Positions 12,668 to 27,600 of a DNA stretch of 64,000 nt are shown here, piece by piece (the stretch's first letter is position 1; each line of letters starts with the position of its first letter). Origin of the DNA: Protoeuglena noctilucae. Lineage: Eukaryota. Where the stretch lies: the NCBI GenBank assembly GCA_958009085.1, contig OY253681.1, forward strand, positions 186,001-250,000, in the 5' to 3' direction. The position numbers and the translations under genes were made by a program. Under the pieces are notes generated by a model. It saw only the letters and a program-made list of their open reading frames with translations, had not been told where the DNA came from and did not search any database.

Positions 12668-13215
12668 CGGCATCGCGTGCAGGGCGAATCGCCCAACCCC
12701 CTGTTGCGAACGAGCTTTCACCTCCACAGCATCCGCGGCACGCCACCCCGGTCCGTCCTGGTCGCGCTCGCGAGAAGAGGGCACGCCGCTGCATCAAGAA
12801 CACATCAAAGTCTCGGGAATGCGGCAGCGGATTGGTACATTCACAGCACCAGACTGATGTGGCCCTATCTGACGTCTGGCAAGGCACTGTCGCACGGCAC
12901 GGGGCCCTCACATGCCAAGAGAAACACGAAGATTGCTATGATGTGATTTGGGGCATGGTGTGAGCTGGCCTTGGCGCGCATTCTGTGCCAGAAGCGGCGC
13001 AGGGACGCGTCCTTGGACCGGGAGCTCATCTTGACCGCGCAGGAACATGAGTTACGCATCAGCTAAGTTTCAGAAAGACAGAAGACAACTCTGCCAGCAG
13101 CTGAGGATGAATAGCGGCCAGGGGGTTGTTCAACGCATCTGCCAGGATCAGGCCCTCCCACCCGATGATCATAGCGAAGTCTGCTTGCGAGGAGAAGCCC
13201 TCCGCTATCAAATCT

Positions 13216-14772
13216 CTAGACGGCCTGGCCACGGTCGAGGGACTGCTTAAGCTTGGCAATGGCCTTGGCCGGGTTGAGCCCCTTGGGGCACACGCTGGTG
13301 CAGTTCATGATGGTCTTGCACCGGTAGAGCTTGAAGGGGTCGTTGAGGGCCGCCAGCCGCTCGGCCGTCATGTCGTCCCTCGAGTCGATCACCCACCGGT
13401 ACGCCTGGAGCAGGGCTGCCGGGCCCAGGTACTTGTCCGAGTTCCACCAGTAAGAGGGGCAGCTCGTGCTGCAGCATGCACACAGGATGCACTCGTACAG
13501 GCCGTCCAGCTGCGGGCAGGGACGGCGGGGCGATTCGTCTCTCCGGCGGTGACCTCTGCACCAGCGCTCTTGACAGCGGCAGCTCGTGAGCGGCCCTGTG
13601 CTGCACGCGAATATAGCACACCTTGGCGCGGTCCTCTCGGGACTGGTACAGCTCCTTCCCGGGCATGTCCTCCCGAGTCTGCAAGTAGGGCTTAATGCTC
13701 TTGAGCTGGGCGTAGAAGTTGCTCATGTCGACCACCAGGTCCCGGACGACGAACATGTGCGGCAGGGGCGCGATCTTGGTGACCTGCGGGGCGGCGGATG
13801 CGGGAGGGACTGCGTCAACGTGCGGCGTGCGATGTGCCACGCTCTCGCGCTGCGTTCCCCTGCAAGCTTCTTGCCTTGGACGCGTCCCGGTCGACCTTGG
13901 TGAGGCACGCGAGCCCGTTCGTGCCATCCATGTTCATGGCGCACGAGCCGCAGATGCCCTCACGGCACGACCGACGGAAGGACAGCTTCGGGTCCTGCTC
14001 GTTCTTGATGGCGAAGAGCACGTCCAGCATCATCGGCCCGCACTTGTTGATGTCCACCGTGTATTCGTCGTACCTGGGGCTCCCGCCCGCGTCCGGGTCC
14101 CACCTGCGGTAGAAGTCCGGGGCCGGGCCCGCATTCGGCTCCAATCGCCACCTCTGTCCCCACGCTCTCTTCCGCGTCTCTGGGACGCAGACTCACCGGT
14201 ACACATGAAACTTCTTCAGCAGCTGCGGCTTGGCCCCCGAGATGGACTCCTCGACCGGCTGCGCGAGCGCAGCTGCCTCGGTTGATGTCTTCACGGGCCT
14301 GCGCGCAGCGCGAGGCAGTTCCGGTGGGCAGAGGAGGGGAGCAGATAGGCACAGAGCACGCGCAGATCCAGCGAGAAGCTCGCGCCCATCAGCGCCTCCG
14401 CTCGGCGGCGCGGGGACCCTTGTGCAGAGTTGTTGCCCGTGGCCACACGGGGCCCGGCGAAGCCCAGGCCGCCGACCCGAGAGCCCGCGGGATTAGCAGC
14501 GACAAAGAGCATCGAAAGAGGCCCGTTTTGGACGGGGCCCCCGGCCGTAAGGGGACCAACAGCGGCAAGACTTTGACTGGGCAGGGGGCAAGGGGCTCCC
14601 GGGACCCTCGGTAGCCACCGCGCCGGCGCTCGGGACGCTGTGCGACACCAAAGCCATTGCACGAACCCATCGAAAGCCACCCAGCGGGCTGGAGAGCGCC
14701 CTGGAGACCCCCGACACACCTGCCCCCCGACAGCCGCGCCAACTGCGCAAGCGCCGCTGTCGCCCTCCTCAT
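13216..14772 (-). CDS. SDH2: Succinate dehydrogenase iron-sulfur subunit, mitochondrial
   Basis: [82 protein letters not shown]. Confidence 0.97.
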
Positions 14773-15122
14773 CCTGTCTCCCAAAGCGCGCACGTGCAGC
14801 GGTATCGCGTGGACTCGGCTGCGATCCCCAGAGCACGACTTTCAAGGCGTGGCCGTGGAAACGGCTGGATGGCACGCGCTGCGAGTCTCGCGGGACGCAA
14901 TTTTCACGCTGACGCACGCAATGACGGATCGTGGGGGTCGCGCGGCTGCCCTAACGGTCATTTGGCGTTGCAGGCCAGGGGTGCCAGCGACGCCAGATGC
15001 TCAAAATCGCCGCCTACACCGAGCGGATGCTAGCGACAGGCCGGGGAAAGCGGGCACGCAGGGGAGTTAGCACATGCAGGAGCGCAGGAGCACAAGCACG
15101 AACGCGCGCCACTCGCACCGCC

Positions 15123-15792
15123 CTACTCGTCTGGCAGTTTCTCGGGCTGCTGCAGGACGATGATGCTGCGGAGGAGGAGAGAGGACGGGGAGTCAGCTGC
15201 TGTCAAATGGAGCCAAGCCAAGCAGTGCGGACCACACCGACCCCCCGCTGCTGGCCCAAGCCCCATATTGGATACCATCCAATGCCCACCTGAAGTCAGG
15301 ATAGGGTGCCACCATGATCTCGCACTTCGTGCTCTTCAGCCGCAGGAACTTGAGGTCGTTCTGGGGGTCCATGGTCCGAATCTGCGGTCGCGGGGCCCTC
15401 GGTGTGTGAAAGGGTGGGCCTCGTCCCTTTCCAAATGCCCCACCCCTGAGAGATGGTCCAGACTCACCATGTTGCTCGCGAGATGCACGAGGTCTGGCAC
15501 CTGGAGGCCGTACTCGGCCGACAATTCAGGCTGCGGGGAACGTGGGTAAAGCGCGGCGTCGCCGGGGTTGCAGCACGCGCCAGCTGGCCTGCATGTTCTA
15601 GCCTATGACTATACCTCGACGCGGGGGCCTCGGCTCCCCCTGGCCACCGGCGCGCCCGCCAGCGACCCCGCATGCCGCAGAGCTCACCGAGACATTGGTG
15701 CGAATGACCTCCCGCTCCTTCCCAATGATGACGACCCCCATAACATCCCGATAGTTCCCGATGCGCTTGAAGGCTGCCTCGATCTCCGCCAT
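15123..15792 (-). CDS. DYNLRB: Dynein light chain, roadblock/LC7 family
   Basis: MAEIEAAFKRIGNYRDVMGVVII...IRTN / ...IRTMDPQNDLKFLRLKSTKCEIMVAP / IIVLQQP; four exons. Confidence 0.92.
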
Positions 15793-16272
15793 CCTCCCCC
15801 GGCACGGGGGGCGCTTCCACGCCCGCCCCGCTGTTCGCTGGTTGTTCGGCGCCCCTAGCCAACTACGTCGTGCCCGCGTCCGCTACGGCTGCTTTATGTC
15901 ACCAACAGGAGAGCAGGCGTTTGTGCTCGTCCCAAACTATGCAGCTTTGCGGCAAAGCAAAGTTTTAGAGCTCAGGTGCTCTGAAAGAGCCTGTGATCTA
16001 GTCAGCGACGCGAATGGTGCACACGCGCGTGCTGGGAAGCGTCCTTTGACGAATTGCAAACATGTGTCTGGCGCCAGAAATCTGCCGCGGACTCGCTCCG
16101 GGCTTCAAGCTCGACCCCACGCCACCCCGCACGCTAATGTCGCTGGACGGACGCGGGGGTGGACGGTGGATGCGCGACGCCGATCCCGATGCTCGGGCGT
16201 CGCCCACGCGAGTGAGCGCGTCCCGTTCTTCTCCGGCTGTCGTCGATCCATCAGGGCTCCCGTTGGTGGGAG

Positions 16273-17042
16273 ATGCCCTACGTTAGCGGAGGTGGGGCCG
16301 CGCCCGGGTCGGGGTCCGTCGCAGAGCGTTGCACCAGACCGCCCATGCGGCTGCTAGCAGTCACCGAGGCGTTCCACTCGTTTCCTTTTTAGCGGTGCCG
16401 GTGGCTTCTGCGTCTGCCCGGGCTCCGTCGCCCCCGATGGGGCCCCTCATGTGGTCAGCTGCGAGTGACCTCACCGCTCTCGCCGTGTTCGCCCGCCGCA
16501 GGGCGCGTGCAGCCCTCGCACCCGTTCGGACTGTCCACCATCATCGCGTGGTTCCTGGGCGTCGTTAACGTGTTTGTGAGCTTCATCCGCACCATGGTGC
16601 GCGTTGCAGCGTTGGCATCTCGCGACGCCCCATCATCAGCGCCGTCTTCGGGTCCGGGAGCAACGCTTACCTGACGCTTCCTCGCGCGCAGTTCGACGCC
16701 GAGGCGCAGGACGCGTACACGGGCCGGAACACGAAGGTGAAGGGGTTCCGCGGCCCTGGCGTGCCTCCCCCCGGGTCCGGGGGGCGGTGGGGAGGTGGCG
16801 GTGGCGGCGGAGGCGGCGGAGGTGGCGGTGGCGGTGGCGGTGGCGGGAGGGGCGGGTACGGAGGAGGGGGTGGGAGCAGTTCCCGCATGATGCCGATGGG
16901 GGATGTGCGGTGAGTCCTCATTATCCGCGCCCGGCCTGATGTTCAGTCGTCCATCCCCGTGCCTCGCATGTGTCTTACGTCAAGTGTCTCGCTCTGCCGC
17001 AGGCGCCAGCAGGCAGCCGCCCGCCCTGCCTGAGCACGGTAA
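16273..17042 (+). CDS. SELENOK: Selenoprotein K (SelK/SelG family), UGA = Sec at 17031-17033
   Basis: Exons 16273-16291, 16502-16596, 16692-16909 and 17003-17042 give MPYVSGGRVQ-(TM: IIAWFLGVVNVFVSFIRTM)-Gly-rich-...RPA-U-AR*. Sec is third from the end, as in animal SelK (GGUGR). A SECIS lies downstream. Confidence 0.9.
16791..16875 (+). repeat. GGN trinucleotide run encoding a poly-Gly tract of SelK
   Basis: GGA GGT GGC GGT GGC GGC GGA... in frame within exon 3. Confidence 0.8.
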
Positions 17043-17293
17043 AGCGCTTGGGGCGTGGGCGGTGCCAACACCGGGGTGCCAGCCTCCGCTGTGTGTTGTC
17101 CTGAGGGAAACGCACAACTGGGGCCCGCCCCAGGCACCGCCTCCCAAGCGCGTGGGCCACTGCGTGGCGTGAGTGAGGTCGACAGGAGCCCATTACGCGC
17201 CCATCGCCTGTTCTTCACCCTCGTATGCGCCCTTCCCGCGTCGTAAATGTCGTCGCCGGCGACTGGAACGAGCCCCGCGCCGTCTCCAGCCCT

Positions 17294-17360
17294 GCCTCGG
17301 CATCCCATGATGCGCTGCCGCTCAACGCGAGAGCGCGTGGCAGCGCGGATTTCTCGACGC
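17294..17360 (+). promoter_or_regulatory. SECIS element, type II, in the SelK 3' UTR
   Basis: ATGA (17307-10), stem TGCGCTGCCG, unpaired CTC-AA, mini-stem CGCG/agag/CGCG, complementary TGGCAGCGCG, then GA (17348-49). This gives the canonical AUGA...AA...GA core with a 10-bp helix II. Confidence 0.85.
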
Positions 17361-17481
17361 ACGTCTCCTTCCTCTTGCATGCCGCCGCCGACTCGCACAT
17401 TCGCGACCCGGCAGCGCCGGTTGAAGAACATATTCAAATGCAAGCAAGCACGTGGCAGGTGGGGCTCCCGACACTCGACCT

Positions 17482-19541
17482 TCACTTGGCGAACCGGCCC
17501 TCCTTGCGCCACAAATGCTTCTCCTCGTACTTCGTCGTGTGATCGTAGGGGTCCCAGAGGTTGGCGGGGTGCGCGTGCTTGTTCCTCTCGTACCTGCGAG
17601 GGTGGTGTCAACGACTCACGAATCTCACTTTGCTATTTGCAACCCCACAGAGCGATCCTAGGCTCTCTCGTGCACAAAAAGACGCGGAGACGGCTGCCTT
17701 CAGTCCAGGTCAGGCCACCCCAGTTGTGTTCACTTGAGTGTGCGGCCACTTACCATCCCCGCTCAACCACCTTGCCCAGCTGCAGCTTGGCCTGGCCCTC
17801 CGCGGGCGGGGGCCGCTTTCGGCCGTCTGGGCCCACGCGCTGAAACTCCTGGTCGTGGAACCTGCGCAGATGAAGTCGCACGCGTGACGCACTTACGACC
17901 CCACGCATGCGACAGTCGCATCGTCTCACATGGAGCATGCCAGCACAACTCCCCGCAAGCCGTCTTCGAGCTCGGGGGACCGTGATCATGCGCATGCTTC
18001 ATTTCCCATCTGCGATTCAAATCTGAGCAACCTCACCGGAAGAGTGGCACGTCCTTCCCGGGCGCATCAACACGCTTCATGATGAGGTCGTAGAAGGTGA
18101 GATCGTGTGGGATGATGAAGTCGTCCTTGACGTACATGAGACTCGAAGCCCCGACGCTCGCCAGGTCCCTGGGTGTCGAGCCGGGGAGCGCAGGCCTTCC
18201 CATCAGCCCAGACAAGGCAGGCCAGATCTGGACGCACACAACCTTAACAATCGTTGCAGAAACTGCTCACCGGAACTGCGGGGCCAGTTGCTCCTTGGCT
18301 TTGGCCAAAAAGCTCCCAATCGTGTCGCCCTTGCGGATGACCAGGTTGCTCCCGTGGCCGTTGCCATCCCAGTACAGATACTTCATCTCCAAAGGCTGCG
18401 GGTTGTCGAAAGCATCGCAACTCGACCTTAACACCCCGCAAGCTGCAAGCCGCAATCTCGAAACCTGCCAAAGCAAACGAAGCAAACGCGAGGCTCCCTG
18501 CCGCACCGACCTCCGTCAGTCTCACCTCGTTCTTGATAGCCTCCTGCTTCTCCTGCCACTCTCGCTTGAGCCTCTCCCGCAGCTCCGCCTCCTGCTCCTG
18601 CCTCTCACGGTCCGGCAGGTAGTCCGTACGGACACTGGGGTTCTTGATGATGCGGGTGCGTTTGCGGGGTCCCCCTTCACTGCTCAGCTCAGACCCTGCG
18701 GTGACGCGGACAGGCTAACAGGGGTCGCGAGGGACCGTGCCGACCCCGGGCTGTCTCCCTGTGACCAGTTACAGGGAAACAATCGTGCTGAGCTTACGCT
18801 GCGCGGAGCCATCAGTGCACCGACCTGACACGCTGGCCTCCTTCGGTGCCACGCGGCTCTGCGCGAGTTTCAGGCGCTCCGCCAGAGACATGCCCTGCGC
18901 CGGCGCGGCAGGGGCCTGACCGGACGCCCCTTCTCCCGGCCCTCGCGTCGACCCCTCCGCCGCTGCCGCCTCGGCCTGGGCCCCCGACGGGCCCGGCGCC
19001 CCGTCATCGGCCCCACCGGCCGCTGCCACCGGCTCCGCTGCCCCGTCGTCTCGCTCCTCCTCGCCGTGGAAAAAGGAGAGCTTGGTCTTCTGGGCCAGCT
19101 CCGCCTCCCGAGCCTTGCGCTTCCTCTCCCGCTCCTGCTCTAATTGCTCCTGTTCCTGACGCTCTGCGTGATCATCGACACGTACAAACATGTCATGCGC
19201 CGGAGCACGCGAGGGAGGCCGCACAGAGACACAGCCTAACAAAACGTCCCTCCGTGCTCACCCCTCCTGCGTCTCTCCTCCTCTAGCCTCTCGGCGATAG
19301 ACTTCTTGGTCTCGACGAACTCATCCTTGGTCTTGAGGCCGATGGTCTCGACCTTGAACGCCGAATCCAGCGTCTCGACCGTCCCGCTCGCGAAGCTCAG
19401 GTCGGTGCGCACATCGCGCGCCCCGCTGCTCGCCAAGCCTCCGAAACCCTTCCCACGAAGCGCCTCGAACTTCCGCTGGCTCTGCAGCGCCGTCTGCTCC
19501 AGCAGCGACAGGTCTTTTCCCGCTGCGTTCTTCTTCGACAT
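17482..19541 (-). CDS. XAP5: XAP5/FAM50 family protein (XAP5 circadian timekeeper-like)
   Basis: [81 protein letters not shown]. Start uncertain. Confidence 0.9.
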
Positions 19542-19932
19542 CGGCCCTGCCCGCTCCACAGCGTGGGCCGGCCAGCCAGGCGATGCTCGCTGCCGCGGAT
19601 GTCAGGAAAGCGCTGGAACGGTCACCGCACGCTGCCGCGACCGGCCCAGCGATCTATGACACGGGCAAACACGATGGCCGGGCTAACTCTCGAGGATGGT
19701 GAGCAAGCCGCGACGAGGGCGGCGGGGACAGGAGATGGCGCGCGTCAGGCGAGTTGCAGGCCATTCAATTCTCGGCGCTAGCCCATGCCAGCGAAGTGCA
19801 GCACAGGGTCCGGCAGGCGCGGGTGTGACGGTGCAACTGGAGGAGGGCAAAACGAGGGCGGGTGCATCCGCAGGCGAGGAGAGCGCTGCAGGGCCGCAGC
19901 GACCGGCGCAAGCGCTCCCTTCCTCGACCTGT

Positions 19933-22587
<2,655 letters not shown>

Positions 22588-23058
22588 GGCTTCCCGCCCC
22601 CTCCCCCCCGGAGCCCCTCCAATTCAACGCCAAGACCACGAATCGAGCACCGGAGGACGAATGGGGGCGCCGAAGAGGCCGCCTGCGCGTCGTCGCAGCC
22701 GCGGAGGACCGGAAGCGATGCGGGAGCGGGGTGGGAATGCGAGCGCGGTTTGGTGCGAACGTAGCGGTCCGGCGAGGGGTCTGAACGGCGGGAAAGCAGG
22801 GCCTTGGGGTCAGACAGGGTAAACTGACGACTGGCAGGGCGCGCGGGGACGAAGGAGAATTTGCACCTTATGCGCGGACGAGACAAACTTAGGCGGCAGT
22901 CGGGGGGGGCTTACGATTTCAAGCTGCCTGGCGTTTTTGCTATTTCCAAGCATCTCTCAAGCGCTTAGCCACTCTAACCGCGCTTGCAGCGTAGCACATC
23001 GGTTGCACTCGCAGGGGGGCACTGGGGTCCGGCTAGTGGGGAAAGGGGGCGGCCAGAC

Positions 23059-24414
23059 ATGGCAGAAGGGCGAGTGGGCGCCCGTGCCGCCCTCGCCGCG
23101 CGCGAGTCGGCGCAGCAGGCGCAGTTCAACGGGCCGTCGCTGCCTCCCTGTCACGCAGCGGGGCGCGGCCGTCCGAGTACCTCGACGACGAGGATGCGGG
23201 CGAGTTCGAGGCGCCGCAGAGGAGTCTGCTGGACGTCCTGAAGGTGCATGTGGAGGAGGAGGGGCGTCGGACGATGATCGCAAGGATTATTTTCGTGGCG
23301 CAGCTGCAGGACAAGCACAGCAGGACACGGTGACGGCGGCGCGGGCAGTGGACATGTGCGGGGCTGTGGCGGGGCTTTGCTGGCCTAGGAAGTCACGCCT
23401 CGCCATCCTATGCAACGCGCAGAGTGGTGGAGCATCAGACGCGAATGGTCGCCGATGTCCGGGAGGTCACGGGCCAGTCGCTGACGGGGTTGTTGCTGCT
23501 GTGGGAGTCGTGCTGCCTCCACGTCTTGGAAGCGCCGCTAGGGCACTTGATGGGTAAGCAGCGGGACGATACTAAGCGTCCCTGCCTTCCCGCGACTCGG
23601 CGCGCCTGGATGTCGCAGTGTCGTCTCAAGCTGCCCGCATCTGACAAGCGCTGTCCCGGCCCCCGCAGTGTTTGCCGAGCGTTTGATGGAAGACCTGAAC
23701 CAGGGCGTGGCGCCGCTTCGGGAGCCCCGCGTGGCGTCGTTTATGGACGACGTGGAGGCGCGAGCCTTCACCTTTTGGGATTCGTCCAACCTCAACGCCG
23801 TGGCGGCAGACGAGATCGAACCTGTGTCGTACAACGATGCCGCGGAGTATATGTCAGAGGCGAGAAATGCTGTTTTGCTCACGGGCTGTCGCGGGTGGCG
23901 GACAGTCTTGCCGCGCTGCTGGGGCACGCTCGGAGCAGGGCCGGCGTCACAGGCACCTCCGCCGTGGTTCCGTTCGCAGGCGGGCGTACAGATGCTCAGT
24001 CTCGGGAAGCAGCTGAGTGGGTATCCTTCCGCCGAGAAGCGCAAGACGGCCATCAATAAGCTGGCCACGTTCGTGACCGACCTGCCCTCCCCCGACCGGT
24101 GCGCTTGCCTCTGCGGAGTGTTGGCCCTCCCTCTGCGTCGTGGGCGTTGCACTGCGGTCCCTTCTTGCCACCCGTGCGTTATGATGGAACCCGTAGCTGC
24201 TTACGTGTGCACCCATGCCGTGTGTGTCGTCGCATGCATACTGTGCACGTTGACCCATGCCATGCGTGTTCTTTCCGTGCGCAGGGTGACGGCCATGTCC
24301 CTCAGCGACGACCTCCTCAGCCTGGCCGAGTTCATCGAGATCTTCAATGAGCCTATCCAACTGGAACTGGACTCGGATAACGTGTGGCCCATCCCACGGT
24401 CGGTGGCTGTGTGA
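23059..24414 (+). CDS. TEX47: TEX47/MOT7 (DYBLUP-like) dynein-associated BLUF-like protein
   Basis: Five exons: QRSLLDVLK...IARIIFVAQL / LTGLLLLWESCCLHVLEAP / DVEARAFTFW / FIEIFNEPIQLELDSDNVWP. The TGLLL..H..E and C-terminal DS..VWP motifs are typical of the TEX47 family. Confidence 0.75.
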
Positions 24415-24661
24415 GACGTCGGTCTCCCGAGTATGTGTATGTGAGTAGAGGTCGCCGATCGCGTGAAAGTGCTAGAAACGCCCGGTGCCTTGCATGCGCT
24501 TCCTGAGCAACAGTGGTATCACAGAATCGCGCGCGCCATGTCTCATCGCGAATGCGCGGCCTTATCAACGGACACGAGACGGCCGCTGCGCGCTCAAACC
24601 CCCGAAAATCGTCCAATGCCGCGTCGCCTGTACTCCAGACAGGCTCTTTGTCTGGAGCAGC

Positions 24662-27600
24662 TCAGCAGCCCAGCGTCCTGACGAGCACGTCCGGCCCCAC
24701 CAGGATTTCCTTGTACGTCACCCGCGGGCGCCCGAAGAAATCCCGCTGCTTCTGGTCTCCCGACAGCCCCACCGCGCACCGCATCACCCGCGTGCCTCGC
24801 AGGTCCGCCCTACCCCCGTCTGCGCAGGAGACCCCGTGGGGCGCCGAGGACAGCTCCCCTCTCACCAGCTTGACGGCAGCGCCCTTGCCCGACGCCCGCA
24901 CCGCTGCCCTCCGGGCGCCCGTCACCACCGCGCCCTCGCAGTGACACCAGCCCCCCGCGCACACCTCGATGCCGTCCGTGGCCGATTGGAGGATCGTGAC
25001 GTTGTTCAGCGCCGCCATCGACCCTCGCCCGCCCACGCGCACGCCCGACCGCTGCGCCTGGAGGACCGAAGAGTCCCGGGCACCCACGCTGCCGTGGGCC
25101 CATGCGAGCATGCCCTCGAGTCCCGTGTCGGACATGGTGGTGCTGACCATCGCGGCCCGGCTGCCCCGGTCGATGGCCATGACCCCGACCCCCGTCACCG
25201 CGGATATACGGCAGCCGTGCAGGTCGACGGCGCCCCCGCGCTGGCAGGAGGCGCCATGCAGGCCGGCGCGGATCACGCAGTCCCGGGCCTCCACGATGCT
25301 CTTGGGGCCTTCCGACAAGACGCACGACTGCCCCGTGCGCATGACCTCGACCCCCAGGGCCTCGACCCAGCCGCCGTTGAGGGCCACGACGCCCGCCCCG
25401 GCCGCGCCCGCCAGCCGCGACTCGCACACCCGCGCCCGGCTGCCCCACCCCACCGCCGCCACGCCGCACCTCCCCGCGGCACACACCACCGACTCGGCCA
25501 CCAGCACCGCTGCGCCTTGGCGGCAGACGACCGCGCTCGCCCCCGCGCCCTGCACCATGCCCCGCTGGAGCCTCAGCTGGGACTTGGGACCCGTCGCGTG
25601 CAGCCCCGAGGACGGGTCGGCAAAGTACGCGTCTGTCAGCACCGCCTCGCCGTCCTCCACGGCGACCGACACGCCCCTGGCATAGACGTCCCGCAGCTGC
25701 AGCACAGCCCCGCACGTCACGTGGATCTTTGCCTGGGCACGGCCGATCAGGATTCCGTTGCACACGACGACCGGCATCGACACGCGGAGCGCGCTCTCGA
25801 TGGCGGCTATCCTCCCTCCCAGGTCCACCGGTTGCCCCGGCAAGGCGCAGGCCAGGACGCAGGCGAAGTCATCGTGGGACATGATAAGGCCCTGAGGGGG
25901 TACAGAGTTAGCCAGAATGTGAATCATTCTACTCTGATGTCTCATCAGAGGCTGCAGAGACTGTAAAGCTCTCAGTCAGGGCAGCCACAATGCTTTGATC
26001 ATCGCCCTCACTCACCACCGCAGGAGGCGCATGGAGGCCCTCAGACACCCGCTGCTCCCATCGGCTGAAGGCGCTGACGACGGCGACGAGCTTATCCTCG
26101 AGGCTGGCATGCGCGTGGTAGGAAGGCGAGCGGTGCGGGACGACGCGCGGCGCAGCGGCCGGTGCCGTGGCGGGGCGCGGCACGGTGGCTGGGCGTGTGG
26201 GTGGCGCGGGCACGGAGACGGCCGCCGCGGGGTGAGGGAGCGCGAACAGGAGCTCGGGGAGGGGCGGGGCCACAGCTGGCGACGCCTGCATCGCCGGCGC
26301 AGCGGCGCGGGGCGCCTCTGGGCTGGTCCGCGTCACCGGCAGCAGCTGCGGTGGGCTCTCGCACCGCAGAGTCTCTGCCCCGTCTGCCGAAAAGGTGTCG
26401 GGCCACGTGCAATCCCTGGCAGCTCCCGTGACGGACACCAGCGGCAGTGGCGGCACGCATTGGCACCCTGCGAGCGAAACTCAGAGAGGTGATTTTGCCT
26501 GCTGGCATCTCAGTCATGGACATGCACGTAGTTGCCTCCTGCGCATGGCCGTGCCACAGCTCACCGGCCGCCGCGCCTGGGGAAGGCCCGCCGTCCGTTT
26601 CCTCGTCATCTGATGAAGCGAAGGGATCCTCCACAACGTCGACGGCCCCACAGCCAGGGCCCCTCGGGGTGAGCACACCACCCGTGACCTTTGCCCGTGC
26701 GCCCTGCTGCTCTGGCCCCGCTCCCTGCCCCCGCTTGCAACGGCCCTTCTCCACGACCACCGCCCCCCTGGCGCCCACCGCCCGGCAGAAGAGGGCACGG
26801 TCGGCGGGTCGCAGCACGGCCGCTATGTCAGCCGTGGCAAAGTGTCCCGAGCACTCTCCCGCGAGGCGAAATGGGAAGCGGCCTTGGTGCTCCGCCATCG
26901 CGGATGCCAGCCCATCCCCGAGGGCAGCCAGGTGCGCCGAGAAGCACCCACGGCACACCCAGTGCCCCGGGGTCCCCGAGCACCGCGCCACCGCGTCGTG
27001 CGGCACGAGGGCGCCGTGGCCCGAGCACATCACGAGCGGCGCCGGGGCCGTCGACAAGCCCCGCAGCGCCGCGGCGGTGGCCCGGGTCGCGTGCAGCATG
27101 CTCTCTGCCGTGGGCCGCATGGCCCCGTCGCGGTGGAAGGCGCAGTACATGGCACCGGCCAGAGGCTCCGGGACTGCCTTGGGCACTTGCGGGCAGGCGC
27201 CCTGCTCGCACACCGCCCGCATGATCCGCTGCAGGCTCCAGCCGGCGAAGGGAGGCTCCCCGCTCGCGGCGTGCACCAGCGTGGCGCTCGCGCACCACAC
27301 GTCGGATGCTGGCAGAGTATCGCCGATGTTGGGGTTCCACTGCTCGGGCGCCATGTAGCTGTCCGTGCCGCAAGCCATGGCACCGGATCCCGCGAGCTGC
27401 GGCCACAGGACGGCGACATCGTCGTGTGATGCCAACACTTCCAGGACGGTATATGTGTCTCAGAAAAGCCTGCAAACGCGCCCCTCGCCTGGTTCTTGCT
27501 GGCCCGCACGGCGAGGCCCAGGTCCGAGAGGAACGCCCGCCCCTCGTCGCTGACGAGCACGTTAGCAGGCTTCACGTCGCAGTGGACCACGTCCGTCTGG

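Noticed and set aside
12960..13066. Short coding-like stretch ELALARILCQKRRR... downstream of SDH2
   Set aside because: There is no in-frame ATG after the upstream stop and no splice support; probably UTR or intergenic.
23022..23029. CTGGGGTC near the TEX47 start, similar to a reported XAP5-binding motif
   Set aside because: An imperfect 8-mer in a very GC-rich genome is expected by chance.
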